Shown here one piece after another: positions 1 to 8,490 of a stretch of DNA of 38,386 nucleotides (the first letter of the stretch is position 1; each line of letters begins with the position of its first letter). This DNA is from Patescibacteria group bacterium (GTDB taxonomy: Bacteria; Patescibacteriota; WWE3; UBA101185; UBA10185). The notes beneath the pieces are model-generated. The model had not been told where the DNA came from and did no database searches. It saw only the letters and a list, made by a program, of their open reading frames with translations. Location: NCBI GenBank assembly GCA_018825365.1, contig JAHJEV010000003.1, forward strand, positions 68,284 through 106,669, given 5' to 3'. The translations under genes and the position numbers were made by a program.

Positions 1-465
1 ATTAGGACTTACAATCACATCGAATTTTGGTGCGGGGCTTGAATCTCCTATTTGCCAAAGTTCTACGTTTATTAAAAAGAAGCTAATATTTTCATCTGTG
101 TGTTCGTTTAGCCACTCGATTGATTTTTTATGCTCTTCTCTGGCATTTCTGACGATCCAGATTATTATTTCCGTGTCATATCCAGCAGCGTAGGTAATTA
201 TTTTTCCCAAGTGATCGTGGTTTGTATCTTCTAGTTGATTTTCGATGATTATTTTTCTTCCTGACCCGTCTTCCTCTGCTAATATGTCAACGTTGAACTT
301 TCCGACGTTAGCTTCTGTTTGGACAAGCTTGATCTCGACTCCTACTGCCTCACTTAACAAAGATAGGTTTTCTTCCTGTGAGAGCCAGCGGGTAAAATCT
401 ATTGCTTCGTGCCCCCATACTTCTCGAAGGTCTATTTTTTGTAGTTTTGCTAGATCCTTTTTCAT
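1..465 (-). CDS. DUF4268-associated / NucS-like PD-(D/E)xK nuclease-fold protein, runs off the left edge
   Basis: Not in the ORF track. Manual translation from ATG 465: MKKDLAKLQKIDLREVWGHEAIDFTRWLSQEENL...VGKFNVDILAEE...IIIENQLEDTNHDHLGKIITYAAG...ELWQIGDSSPAPKFDVIVSPN. The D...ENQ...DHDHLGK pattern is typical of this family. TAGAAT lies 6 nt upstream of the ATG. Confidence 0.8.
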   Translation of the reverse strand, partial: MKKDLAKLQKIDLREVWGHEAIDFTRWLSQEENLSLLSEAVGVEIKLVQTEANVGKFNVDILAEEDGSGRKIIIENQLEDTNHDHLGKIITYAAGYDTEIIIWIVRNAREEHKKSIEWLNEHTDENISFFLINVELWQIGDSSPAPKFDVIVSPN

Positions 466-613
466 GGAGCAATTCTAACACTTTTAGAGGTACTCTGATC
501 ACCTCTATTCATAATAGAATATAGGTAGTTGTAGTAGAAGCACTGTGATGTAAAATAACTGTACTCGAGAACTAAAATTGATAGTTTTGATCGTTGTATT
601 ATTAATAGGTTCT

Positions 614-1858
614 ATGAAAGAATATTATTTAGACAAAATTTTTAAAAAAAGCAATAAGTACTTAACACAACTTTTTGATAAGCCAACGTTAGATGAGTTC
701 GAAAGAAAAATCCATTATATCCACAAAGAAGAGGATACAAAAAAGGTAATAACGAAATTTATAAACGAATATACAAGCTTTGTAAAAAAAGAATTCCAGC
801 GTCTTTATAAGTTATCTGATAAGAAGTTGAACAGTTTTTTGGAGGACCAGGATAATAAGGTAAAAGCTGTCTGGGGAGATTGTTATAAGGTATTGCGCTC
901 AATGAAACCAGAATCTATACACTTAATGGTCACTTCCCCACCTTATTATAATGCAAGAGAATACACACAGTGGAAGGACCTAAAGGAATACCTTGCTGAA
1001 ATGCGACTAATAATACGCGAAGCTTACAGAGTTCTGGATAATCACAGAGTATTCGTGTTTAATGTGGGTGATATTTTTGATAACGATAATTTAGTTACAA
1101 AATCCGTTTGGGGTAAGAGAAGGCTTCCGTTAGCAGCGTATTTCATAAAAGTTTTTGAAGAGGAAGGATTCACATTTGTAGATGATTTCATTTGGGACAA
1201 GGGAGAAGTACAGAGTGAGCGTCACAAGAATGGTGACAAACCGTTCCCGTTTTACCAATATCCCACAAATTGTTATGAGCACATATTGATATTTCATAAA
1301 CACCGCTTAGACAAAACGAGGTACCCATGCCCCGTATGTGGAACGTTACAAGTGAGTGGTAACACACAGTCAGAACCTGGGATTCAGAGTTGGGAGTGCA
1401 AAAATAACGAATGTTTCACAAGAAGTAAATGTAACAGAGGAAAGAGGTTTTCACTAAAAACGTTGACTACTCAGTCCATGCAGCTAGATCAGCATATAAT
1501 ACCTGAGGAATTCGTAAAAAAGTGGAGAAGAGATATTATACGTTTTTCCCCAGTGATAAAAATAAATAGCAAGGGGGAAAATGCCCTTGGTCACACGGCA
1601 CCGTTTCCTGAAGATATACCAGATTTTGCGATCCGTATGTATTCTTATCCTGGTGAGAGCGTCCTGGATCCTTTTGCCGGTAGTTTCACCAGTGCTATCT
1701 GTGCACAGAAGTTAAGGAGGGTTGGCATTGGTATTGAAATAAATAAGAAACTGTTCAGAGATTCTATTCTAAGAAACATTAATAAAAAACTATCGATGCC
1801 CATTTTTCAAAAGGACTCTAGCATCATATCGGAATTCAATGGCCAAGGGTTTATTTAG
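614..1858 (+). CDS. Site-specific DNA methyltransferase (N4-C/N6-A, beta class) with Cys-rich insertion
   Basis: Motif IV TSPPY precedes motif I VLDPFAGS; HTAPFP present; CPVC...WECKNNEC insertion. ATG 614 preferred over TTG 578. Confidence 0.92.
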   Translation: MKEYYLDKIFKKSNKYLTQLFDKPTLDEFERKIHYIHKEEDTKKVITKFINEYTSFVKKEFQRLYKLSDKKLNSFLEDQDNKVKAVWGDCYKVLRSMKPESIHLMVTSPPYYNAREYTQWKDLKEYLAEMRLIIREAYRVLDNHRVFVFNVGDIFDNDNLVTKSVWGKRRLPLAAYFIKVFEEEGFTFVDDFIWDKGEVQSERHKNGDKPFPFYQYPTNCYEHILIFHKHRLDKTRYPCPVCGTLQVSGNTQSEPGIQSWECKNNECFTRSKCNRGKRFSLKTLTTQSMQLDQHIIPEEFVKKWRRDIIRFSPVIKINSKGENALGHTAPFPEDIPDFAIRMYSYPGESVLDPFAGSFTSAICAQKLRRVGIGIEINKKLFRDSILRNINKKLSMPIFQKDSSIISEFNGQGFI

Positions 1859-1861
1859 ACA

Positions 1862-2962
1862 TTATTGATTGGTTATAATATCTCTTAATAATAATATAGT
1901 GTCTTTTATATCGTACGCACCTTGTATTGTATTGCAGTGTTTGTGTCCCCACCCCAAGTTGTAGGTATGGTGGTTAAGTTCTCCTGGCCTTAATCCCCTA
2001 ATGTGCATTAAAACGATCTCTGCCTGAGTGTTGTCCTCTTCTTCTCTACCTTCGTCTTGTGCAGAAACCTCAAAGAATTTATCAGGGGTCAACCCCTTGA
2101 GGCATAGGGGGCATATAGGCTGGCCAGATTCCTTGTCCCATGCTCGTATTTCACTTAAACTTTCAAAATTAAGTAGTGCATTTTCCTGACAATATTTTTC
2201 CACATGACCGAAGACTTTGTCGATATACTCTAAGACTTTTCCCGTATTTATGGCTCTTTGAATCCCTATGGCTAGATCTTCTTTAGAAGTAGAGTTAAAC
2301 ACGTTTATCAAGTAATCCTTCATTCCAGAAACCTTGAATATCATGTAAGACAATTGGTACTTTATTTTCTTTATTTCGCTTTCACTGGCGTAGTCATAAT
2401 CAAAATTTCCCAAGCCCGTCTGCTCTGGTATAGTTCGTAATCCGTATTTATTTCTAAGTGATTCTAAATATTCGGAGTTATTCGCTGTTCCACATATATG
2501 GGAGATTCTCTTGGGGGTTGTGTTGGGAATGAATAGACAGTATTGACCGGCCCACTGTTCGTCGTTGGGGACAGTGCTGCTTTTGGTGTATAGCTCGACA
2601 ACTTCGTCCCAATCTTTTCTGGAAGTAGTCTTACAAAAATGTCCAAATTTATCCCAATCTGGTATGGTCTTAAAATAGACGAATGCGTTACGACCAAGTG
2701 TTAAAGTTTTAGGAAAATCCGTCGCTACCTGCCCATTTTCGGAGAAATACTCATTGGGCTTGATACGAACGGCGTAACCTCTCTTAAAGTTGTTCAAAAA
2801 CGTAGGAGCTGTGCCCATGATCCTTTTATATGTGGATAATTGCATTATTACTCGATAAGACCTGCTGTTTCTACGTTTGTAGATTCCGTTACCGCTGCGA
2901 GCCTCACCTGTTTTATCTATTTTCTTTTTTAAGATATATGGAAAAGCGTCAGTACAGTTCAT
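1862..2962 (-). CDS. BstXI-family type II restriction endonuclease
   Basis: N-terminal KKIDKTGEAR...RNSR and C-terminal ICPLC...QDEGRE...HIRGLRPGELNHHTYNLGWGHKHCN resemble the RE_BstXI (HNH-like) family. Convergent with the methyltransferase. Confidence 0.8.
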   Translation of the reverse strand: MNCTDAFPYILKKKIDKTGEARSGNGIYKRRNSRSYRVIMQLSTYKRIMGTAPTFLNNFKRGYAVRIKPNEYFSENGQVATDFPKTLTLGRNAFVYFKTIPDWDKFGHFCKTTSRKDWDEVVELYTKSSTVPNDEQWAGQYCLFIPNTTPKRISHICGTANNSEYLESLRNKYGLRTIPEQTGLGNFDYDYASESEIKKIKYQLSYMIFKVSGMKDYLINVFNSTSKEDLAIGIQRAINTGKVLEYIDKVFGHVEKYCQENALLNFESLSEIRAWDKESGQPICPLCLKGLTPDKFFEVSAQDEGREEEDNTQAEIVLMHIRGLRPGELNHHTYNLGWGHKHCNTIQGAYDIKDTILLLRDIITNQ

Positions 2963-3023
2963 GTTGCCCCTATCCCGATTATAGCAGTAAACTAATAAAC
3001 AAAAAAGTGAAAAAGAAGAAATA

Positions 3024-3105
3024 TAGTGGGCGAGAGAGGACTCGAACCTCCAACCTTTCGGATACGGTCCTAAGCCGTACGCGTATGCAATTTCACAACT
3101 TGCTC
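3024..3105 (-). pseudogene. Degenerate copy of tRNA-Leu(TAG)
   Basis: 3026-3088 is identical to 14221-14283 (63 bp). The CCA end reads CTA. The 5' part has 5 substitutions and 1 deletion, giving two A-C mismatches in the acceptor stem. Confidence 0.88.
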
Positions 3106-3173
3106 TATTTATATGTAATTATACATTTGCTAACCTCATTTTACTTGATGTTTCATTTGAGTAACTACCCTAA

Positions 3174-3202
3174 TGGTGGGCTATGTGTTAGGACGTGCGA
3201 AC
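3174..3202 (+). repeat. 29-bp cassette-boundary motif, copy A
   Basis: TGGTGGGCTATGTGTTAGGACGTGCGAAC. Confidence 0.85.
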
Positions 3203-3375
3203 TACGATACATGTAACGATTTGTTAGACTAAAGGTGTGGTATATAACCTGATTTTAAAAAATATATTTGGAAATAATGGTAGGATATTTGGGGAGTAGT
3301 TGTGAAACATTGTTAATTAAATCAGCCGACTTTTATTGTCAAGCGCAATTATCTGAGCTATAAGCTTATAGCATA

Positions 3376-4677
3376 ATGAATAACAAAGAAACTAAAAAAT
3401 CAATAGACTCTTGCCTGGAGGAAACATATCGTATACTCGACGCTCCCTCGGAAAAACTCATCTCTTTAAACTCCATGATCATAGAATTAATTGATAGAGG
3501 TTACTTAGATGATACACCTCGAAACAAATCTAAATACTGGACAACAATAACTTTTAGGGATGTATTTATAACAACAACGGTTAGCTCCAAACCCAGTATC
3601 GGTCTTAAAAAATGGGTGCCTTTTACATACAAAAGAAAATTAATCAACCGGCGTTATAGGTCTGTTTTCACAGAATTAGACAACGCAGTTAATCACCAAG
3701 AACAATTGGACCAAAATTTATTCAGGCATGTTCTAAGTTATGAAGAAATTAGTAAGCACTTTTTTTATTTAGCACCTGTATTTATTAGCCGATTTAAATC
3801 AAAAACAGAGATAATTCCTACTACAATATACCTGTATGGTGGCTTTGACTTTATTGGGTGGATACTACCTGAGAAAAACATTCTTTTTGACGATCATGAT
3901 AAATTAAGGGAATTTATTCAAGAAAATCAGCTTGAACCAGGTGATTTTATTGTATACTCTCCAAACACTCAAGACGCCACGGGTATAGATATTTATACCA
4001 CTTGGCAACGCGACATGGATAAATATTACCGTGAAGGAAAAAGAGATAAAATTGATTACATCTTAAGTCACGAAACAAAAATCTCTGTTCGTGACCTAGT
4101 GTACCTTTACCTGATTGAGCATAATTTTATTGCAGAGGATTCTGAAATCATTGCTTTTGTTCAAAAACATCGCCCACTAATTGGTAAAGCAACTATTATG
4201 GGTGCTATCAGCCAGTTCCGTCATCGTATAAAAACCACAAAAGTAGAATCTGCTGATTCTGCAAACGAACAATCTACTACACACGAATCGACAATCGACC
4301 CGAGATATTTACTAGCTATAATCCAGAAAAAAGATTTAGTCTACAAATACCTACAATCTAATGGTCCAGCTACTGCAGACCAAATTGCTGGTGCCATAGC
4401 AGAAATCATCGGAGTAACAAAACAAAAGCTTTTGTCTCTTACATTTATCGATCCTCAAGATTCCCGAATAATCCGACTTGAAACTGGTGAGTTTGCATTG
4501 GCTCCCCAATTAGCAGATAAAGAAAATAATCTATTACTTTCCCCGCCTCCGGATCCCATTACTGCTCCCCCCTTTGTTCAATCACGCGCTCTGAAGTATA
4601 CAAAAACTTTTTTAATTGCCATAATAACAGTGGTTTCTATTATTATCTTATTAATTATACGGTCTAAAAATATATGA
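3376..4677 (+). CDS. Hypothetical protein with probable winged-HTH (HARE-HTH-like) repeats and a C-terminal transmembrane anchor
   Basis: 433-aa ORF. Related segments VRDLVYLYLIEH and KDLVYKYLQSN...DSRIIRLETGEFAL; Pro-rich linker then FLIAIITVVSIIILLII-RSK. ATGA overlap with the next gene. Confidence 0.6.
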   Translation: MNNKETKKSIDSCLEETYRILDAPSEKLISLNSMIIELIDRGYLDDTPRNKSKYWTTITFRDVFITTTVSSKPSIGLKKWVPFTYKRKLINRRYRSVFTELDNAVNHQEQLDQNLFRHVLSYEEISKHFFYLAPVFISRFKSKTEIIPTTIYLYGGFDFIGWILPEKNILFDDHDKLREFIQENQLEPGDFIVYSPNTQDATGIDIYTTWQRDMDKYYREGKRDKIDYILSHETKISVRDLVYLYLIEHNFIAEDSEIIAFVQKHRPLIGKATIMGAISQFRHRIKTTKVESADSANEQSTTHESTIDPRYLLAIIQKKDLVYKYLQSNGPATADQIAGAIAEIIGVTKQKLLSLTFIDPQDSRIIRLETGEFALAPQLADKENNLLLSPPPDPITAPPFVQSRALKYTKTFLIAIITVVSIIILLIIRSKNI

Positions 4678-6410
4678 TATACACGTGTAAATGGAACACT
4701 GATAAAAACTCGTTACCGTTGCAGGATGACTTTAAACTCCAATTTAAAGCACAAAACCAGGATGATATTCCGCTCATTCTTATCGACGACAATGATAATA
4801 AACAAAGTGTTATATACAGTTACCCCAAAAACGCAATACACCTAAGCTCACTAGTTGACTGGATCAATGATTTTCAACCCAAAAAGAACGAAGTTATTGA
4901 GTTAGTACAAGTAACCGGTACAAGTTTTAAAATTCGCATCGGTAGCCGTGAATCAAACGATGCCGAAGGTATATATCTTGGTAAGTTGAAAGATAGTTAC
5001 GCTCAATATACATCCCACCGGAATTTTATTCTTCCAACAGAAGATTTAGTCACGCACACATTTATTTGCGGTGCGACTGGTTCAGGAAAAACGGTTTTGG
5101 GTAAGGCAATTGTCGAGGAACTTGCTTTAAAAGAAATACCAGCCATTATTGTGGATCTCAAAGGTGATTTAAGCTCCCTTGGCTTAATGGCACCCCAATA
5201 CACACCAGAAACAATTGGTTCGTGGATTAACACAGAGCCCTCCAAGAAAGAAGCTCTGTGCCAACAAAAAGTAAATGAAATCAATACAGGACTTGATGAG
5301 TTTGGTTTGACTTCTGAAAAAGTTAAAACTTACATCGATTCTTTAAGTGTTGCGGTTTTCACACCTAAAGCCGGAAAGGGTATTCACCTTTCGATTTCCT
5401 CACCTTTGGCAGCACCAAAAGATATTGCTTCCTTAATGCTCAGCGATCGTTCCGAAGTACTGGAAATGATCGGTTCGTATACAGATTCCTTTATAAGAAG
5501 CCTTTTTGCTGAAAGAAAAATTGGGCGTCTTGATAAGTACAAAACTTTCCTACATGAAATAGTCCAATACTGTTGGGAACACAGTATTTCTCTGAACGGT
5601 AAAGAAGGTTTAGTTACCGTTCAGCAAATGATTAATGAACCACCCTTCCGTGAAATCGGTGGTATGAACCTAAATAAATTTATTGATGACAAAATGAGGG
5701 TTGAACTTGCCAATCGCATAGCCATGTGTCTCACAGGAGTTGAACAATTGTGGTTTGAAGGTATTCCAATAAATATCCCTATGTTGCTTTCTCGACCAAC
5801 TGAACACGGGGATAAAACACCAGTAAGCATAGTTAACGTCTCCGATTTGCCATTTGACGAACAGATGTACGTCGTTTCACATTTGGCTTATTCCATCTAT
5901 AACTGGGCTAGGCCGCAAGGAGATTCAGGTGAAAAACCACGCATACTATTTTTTATTGATGAAATAGGAGGAGGAGGAGGTAAACAAGCGTTTTATCCAA
6001 GTCACCCGTATAACCCACCCTCGAAACCACCTTTAAATGTACTCCTAAAAAAAGGTCGAACCTTTGGAATTAGTTGTTTATTTGCTACACAAAACCCAGG
6101 CGATATAGACTATAAGGGTCTAAGTAACTGTGGAACCTGGTTTGTTGGTCGACTACAAACAGAACGTGATCGGAGAAAAATAATGGAGGGAATATCTACT
6201 GCAGAAATTCAAATCCAAAATATAAAGAATAAAATTGAAGATCTGTCCTTCAAAGAATTTCTAGTTAAAACTAAAGACGGTAAGGTGAATTTTGTTAAGG
6301 AACGATGGTTAGTAACCTACCACAAGACTCTTTCCGAAAATGATTTGTCCACTATTAATGGCCCGGAAATAAAAAAACACTTTCAAGAATGTGCAAAGAT
6401 AACCAGTTAA
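4674..6410 (+). CDS. HerA/FtsK-superfamily (DUF87/DUF853-like) ATPase
   Basis: Walker A GATGSGKT, VDLKGD, Walker B ILFFIDE, KGRTFG, ATQNPGDIDYK, WFVGRLQTERDR. Confidence 0.88.
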   Translation: MIYTCKWNTDKNSLPLQDDFKLQFKAQNQDDIPLILIDDNDNKQSVIYSYPKNAIHLSSLVDWINDFQPKKNEVIELVQVTGTSFKIRIGSRESNDAEGIYLGKLKDSYAQYTSHRNFILPTEDLVTHTFICGATGSGKTVLGKAIVEELALKEIPAIIVDLKGDLSSLGLMAPQYTPETIGSWINTEPSKKEALCQQKVNEINTGLDEFGLTSEKVKTYIDSLSVAVFTPKAGKGIHLSISSPLAAPKDIASLMLSDRSEVLEMIGSYTDSFIRSLFAERKIGRLDKYKTFLHEIVQYCWEHSISLNGKEGLVTVQQMINEPPFREIGGMNLNKFIDDKMRVELANRIAMCLTGVEQLWFEGIPINIPMLLSRPTEHGDKTPVSIVNVSDLPFDEQMYVVSHLAYSIYNWARPQGDSGEKPRILFFIDEIGGGGGKQAFYPSHPYNPPSKPPLNVLLKKGRTFGISCLFATQNPGDIDYKGLSNCGTWFVGRLQTERDRRKIMEGISTAEIQIQNIKNKIEDLSFKEFLVKTKDGKVNFVKERWLVTYHKTLSENDLSTINGPEIKKHFQECAKITS

Positions 6411-6442
6411 ATAACGCTTCTCTAAGACTTATTACCGACATC

Positions 6443-6471
6443 TGGTGGGCCATCTGACAGAATGTGCGAAC
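6443..6471 (+). repeat. 29-bp cassette-boundary motif, copy B
   Basis: TGGTGGGCCATCTGACAGAATGTGCGAAC, 32 bp after the ATPase stop codon. Confidence 0.9.
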
Positions 6472-6714
6472 CTGTTAGTTACAGGAAAGATTTAACAGGT
6501 GAGAGATGTTTAATACACATGAAGACCTGAAAAATGTGCCAAGTTGAAATATCTATTTTATAAATTACCACCAAATCTCTACGCTACTTTGGCTCGGCGG
6601 GGAATGTATCCCCCGTCTCATGTGAGATAAAGGAGTTTGTTACAAAAAACAAAATTGCATCCCTATTAGTAAGTCCCTATACGTTTTTTTCCACTTTTCT
6701 GAAAGACCGATGTT

Positions 6715-7005
6715 TTATTCTTCATCTTGAGTTAGATCTTGAATTTGATTAAGTACGATTTTATCCAACTCCACCCCTGCGGCTTGCTCTATTTGATCCA
6801 ATTCCAAACATAGTTTGTTGACCTCATTTATTCCATCGTCAATCTCTTTGCTAAGCTGGGCCATTTTTTGTTTCCTTTTTACATCTGAATCTGCGATAGA
6901 GTTTATCACTCCCCTAGCTTCACGAAGTAGCTTTTGTATAAGTTCATAAGACTCCTGATCATTTTGCGTATCTATTATGCTTGTATCTTTTTGTGTGTAA
7001 TCCAT
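6715..7005 (-). CDS. Small acidic coiled-coil hypothetical protein
   Basis: 96-aa ORF starting 6 nt after the stop of the 415-aa ORF; helical, D/E/Q-rich. Confidence 0.65.
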   Translation of the reverse strand: MDYTQKDTSIIDTQNDQESYELIQKLLREARGVINSIADSDVKRKQKMAQLSKEIDDGINEVNKLCLELDQIEQAAGVELDKIVLNQIQDLTQDEE

Positions 7006-7011
7006 ATTTAA

Positions 7012-8259
7012 TTATTCAGCGTCTAGAATCAATCCAGTTTTATATTTATATCTCCACAATACCCTTTTATACTCTAAATAGACGTCCTTGAAATTGGCTG
7101 TTGTCATTCTACTATCTTCCGGAAAATCGGTTATTCTAAGAAACTGTTTTAACTGTCTGGGTTTTATTATATCGCGTGCGTTTACCCCGTTTAGATTAGT
7201 AAGCTCTCTATTCCAATTTTCCACTAAATTATCAAGATCCCAAAGCTTCTGCTTCGAAGAAGTTTCTATTGCTTCTGGCATTACTTTTTCTTCTAGGTCT
7301 TTAACCCCCTGTATATACCTGGCCTCGTCTCTTTGTTTCAAAGCTTCTCGATTAGGGGGGTTTGCTGCATTTTGCTCTTTTATTTTCTCGAACTGCTCTC
7401 TTTTCGTTCTATAGGGCTCAGCCTTTTTTTCATCGATCTGCTGAATTCTCTCTTTTTGTTCTATTATCTCAAGCCTTAAATCAAATACATCCTTTTGTTC
7501 TTTTTCAGCAGCTTTCCTCCCTGTCTTTAAATGTCGCTCAATTTCTCTGATATCTTTTCTTGATACTCCCGCCTTTGTCTCCAAACGTTTTTTAATTTCT
7601 TCTATTTCATCGAGTTTAGCAACACTATCCTTGTGTTTAATTTCATCCACCTTAAGGTCTAGCTCCATAACATCGGCTGAAAGCTGGAGTTTGGAGATTT
7701 TATTCTCAATGGGTTCTAATCTTCCGTCGTAATACTCAATAAGTTTGTCAGCAATTGCATTTCTTTTTTCTATAAAGGTTGTCTTTTTTTCGACCCTTGC
7801 ATTGTATCTTGCCTGTTTTTTTTCTTTATCAAACTCCAGACGAATTTTCTCTTTTTCAATAGCGTTTAACCGTTTTTGAAGAGATGGTGTAATAACGCCC
7901 CTACCTGATAACTCCTGCATAGAAGATGTAATTTCAACGGATTTTTCGTCCAATTCACTGATCCGTCCGCCTACCTTGTTTATTCCATCTTTTATTAGAT
8001 TTGCTTTCTCATCATGCTTATCTACCCAAAACTGGTTATATGTGATTTTTAATCTACCAAGAATCCTATCTCCAATCTGCATTTTCTCGACATGCTCAAA
8101 AACGTCAGTCGCAAAATCTTTTGCTTTGCCGGATAAACTCTCGAATACTTCCTTCGCAGGACGGTCAAAAAAGTTCTGTACATCCTCTGCTGCGTATATT
8201 GCTCTATCGACAATATCTAAGGGCATAATATTAACTGTTGAAATTATAACCATACACAC
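7012..8259 (-). CDS. Long coiled-coil hypothetical protein (true start possibly ATG 8226)
   Basis: 415-aa K/E/R-rich ORF with heptad character; no catalytic motif recognised. Confidence 0.75.
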   Translation of the reverse strand: MCMVIISTVNIMPLDIVDRAIYAAEDVQNFFDRPAKEVFESLSGKAKDFATDVFEHVEKMQIGDRILGRLKITYNQFWVDKHDEKANLIKDGINKVGGRISELDEKSVEITSSMQELSGRGVITPSLQKRLNAIEKEKIRLEFDKEKKQARYNARVEKKTTFIEKRNAIADKLIEYYDGRLEPIENKISKLQLSADVMELDLKVDEIKHKDSVAKLDEIEEIKKRLETKAGVSRKDIREIERHLKTGRKAAEKEQKDVFDLRLEIIEQKERIQQIDEKKAEPYRTKREQFEKIKEQNAANPPNREALKQRDEARYIQGVKDLEEKVMPEAIETSSKQKLWDLDNLVENWNRELTNLNGVNARDIIKPRQLKQFLRITDFPEDSRMTTANFKDVYLEYKRVLWRYKYKTGLILDAE

Positions 8260-8331
8260 AGTTGTTTACAACAAAAACAATACAGAGAGCGAAAGACGTT
8301 AATAGATGTTTTTAATTTGATAAATTTTTTT

Positions 8332-8360
8332 TGGTGGGCCATCTGCCAGGATGTGCGAAC
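8332..8360 (+). repeat. 29-bp cassette-boundary motif, copy C
   Basis: TGGTGGGCCATCTGCCAGGATGTGCGAAC. Confidence 0.9.
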
Positions 8361-8401
8361 CACTACCTCCTGAGAATTCGTCAGTGCTGGCTAATTGCTG
8401 A

Positions 8402-8469
8402 AAACTGCGAAGTTACTTTAGTTGACAGGTTTGTGATTTTTAAATATATTTAAACTGCAAGTTAGTTTA
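8402..8469 (+). promoter_or_regulatory. Sigma70 promoter of the abiE operon flanked by candidate operator repeats
   Basis: TTGACA(8422)-17 nt-TATATT(8445). AAACTGCGAAGTTACTTTA (8402) and AAACTGCAAGTTAGTTTA (8452) lie on either side. Confidence 0.6.
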
Positions 8470-8490
8470 AAGCTAACATCCAGTAGGAAT

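Noticed and set aside
245-478. 77-aa plus-strand ORF
   Set aside because: Antisense shadow of the DUF4268-type gene at 1-465.
2830-3216. 128-aa plus-strand ORF
   Set aside because: Overlaps the REase start and the tRNA pseudogene antisense; no protein-like features.
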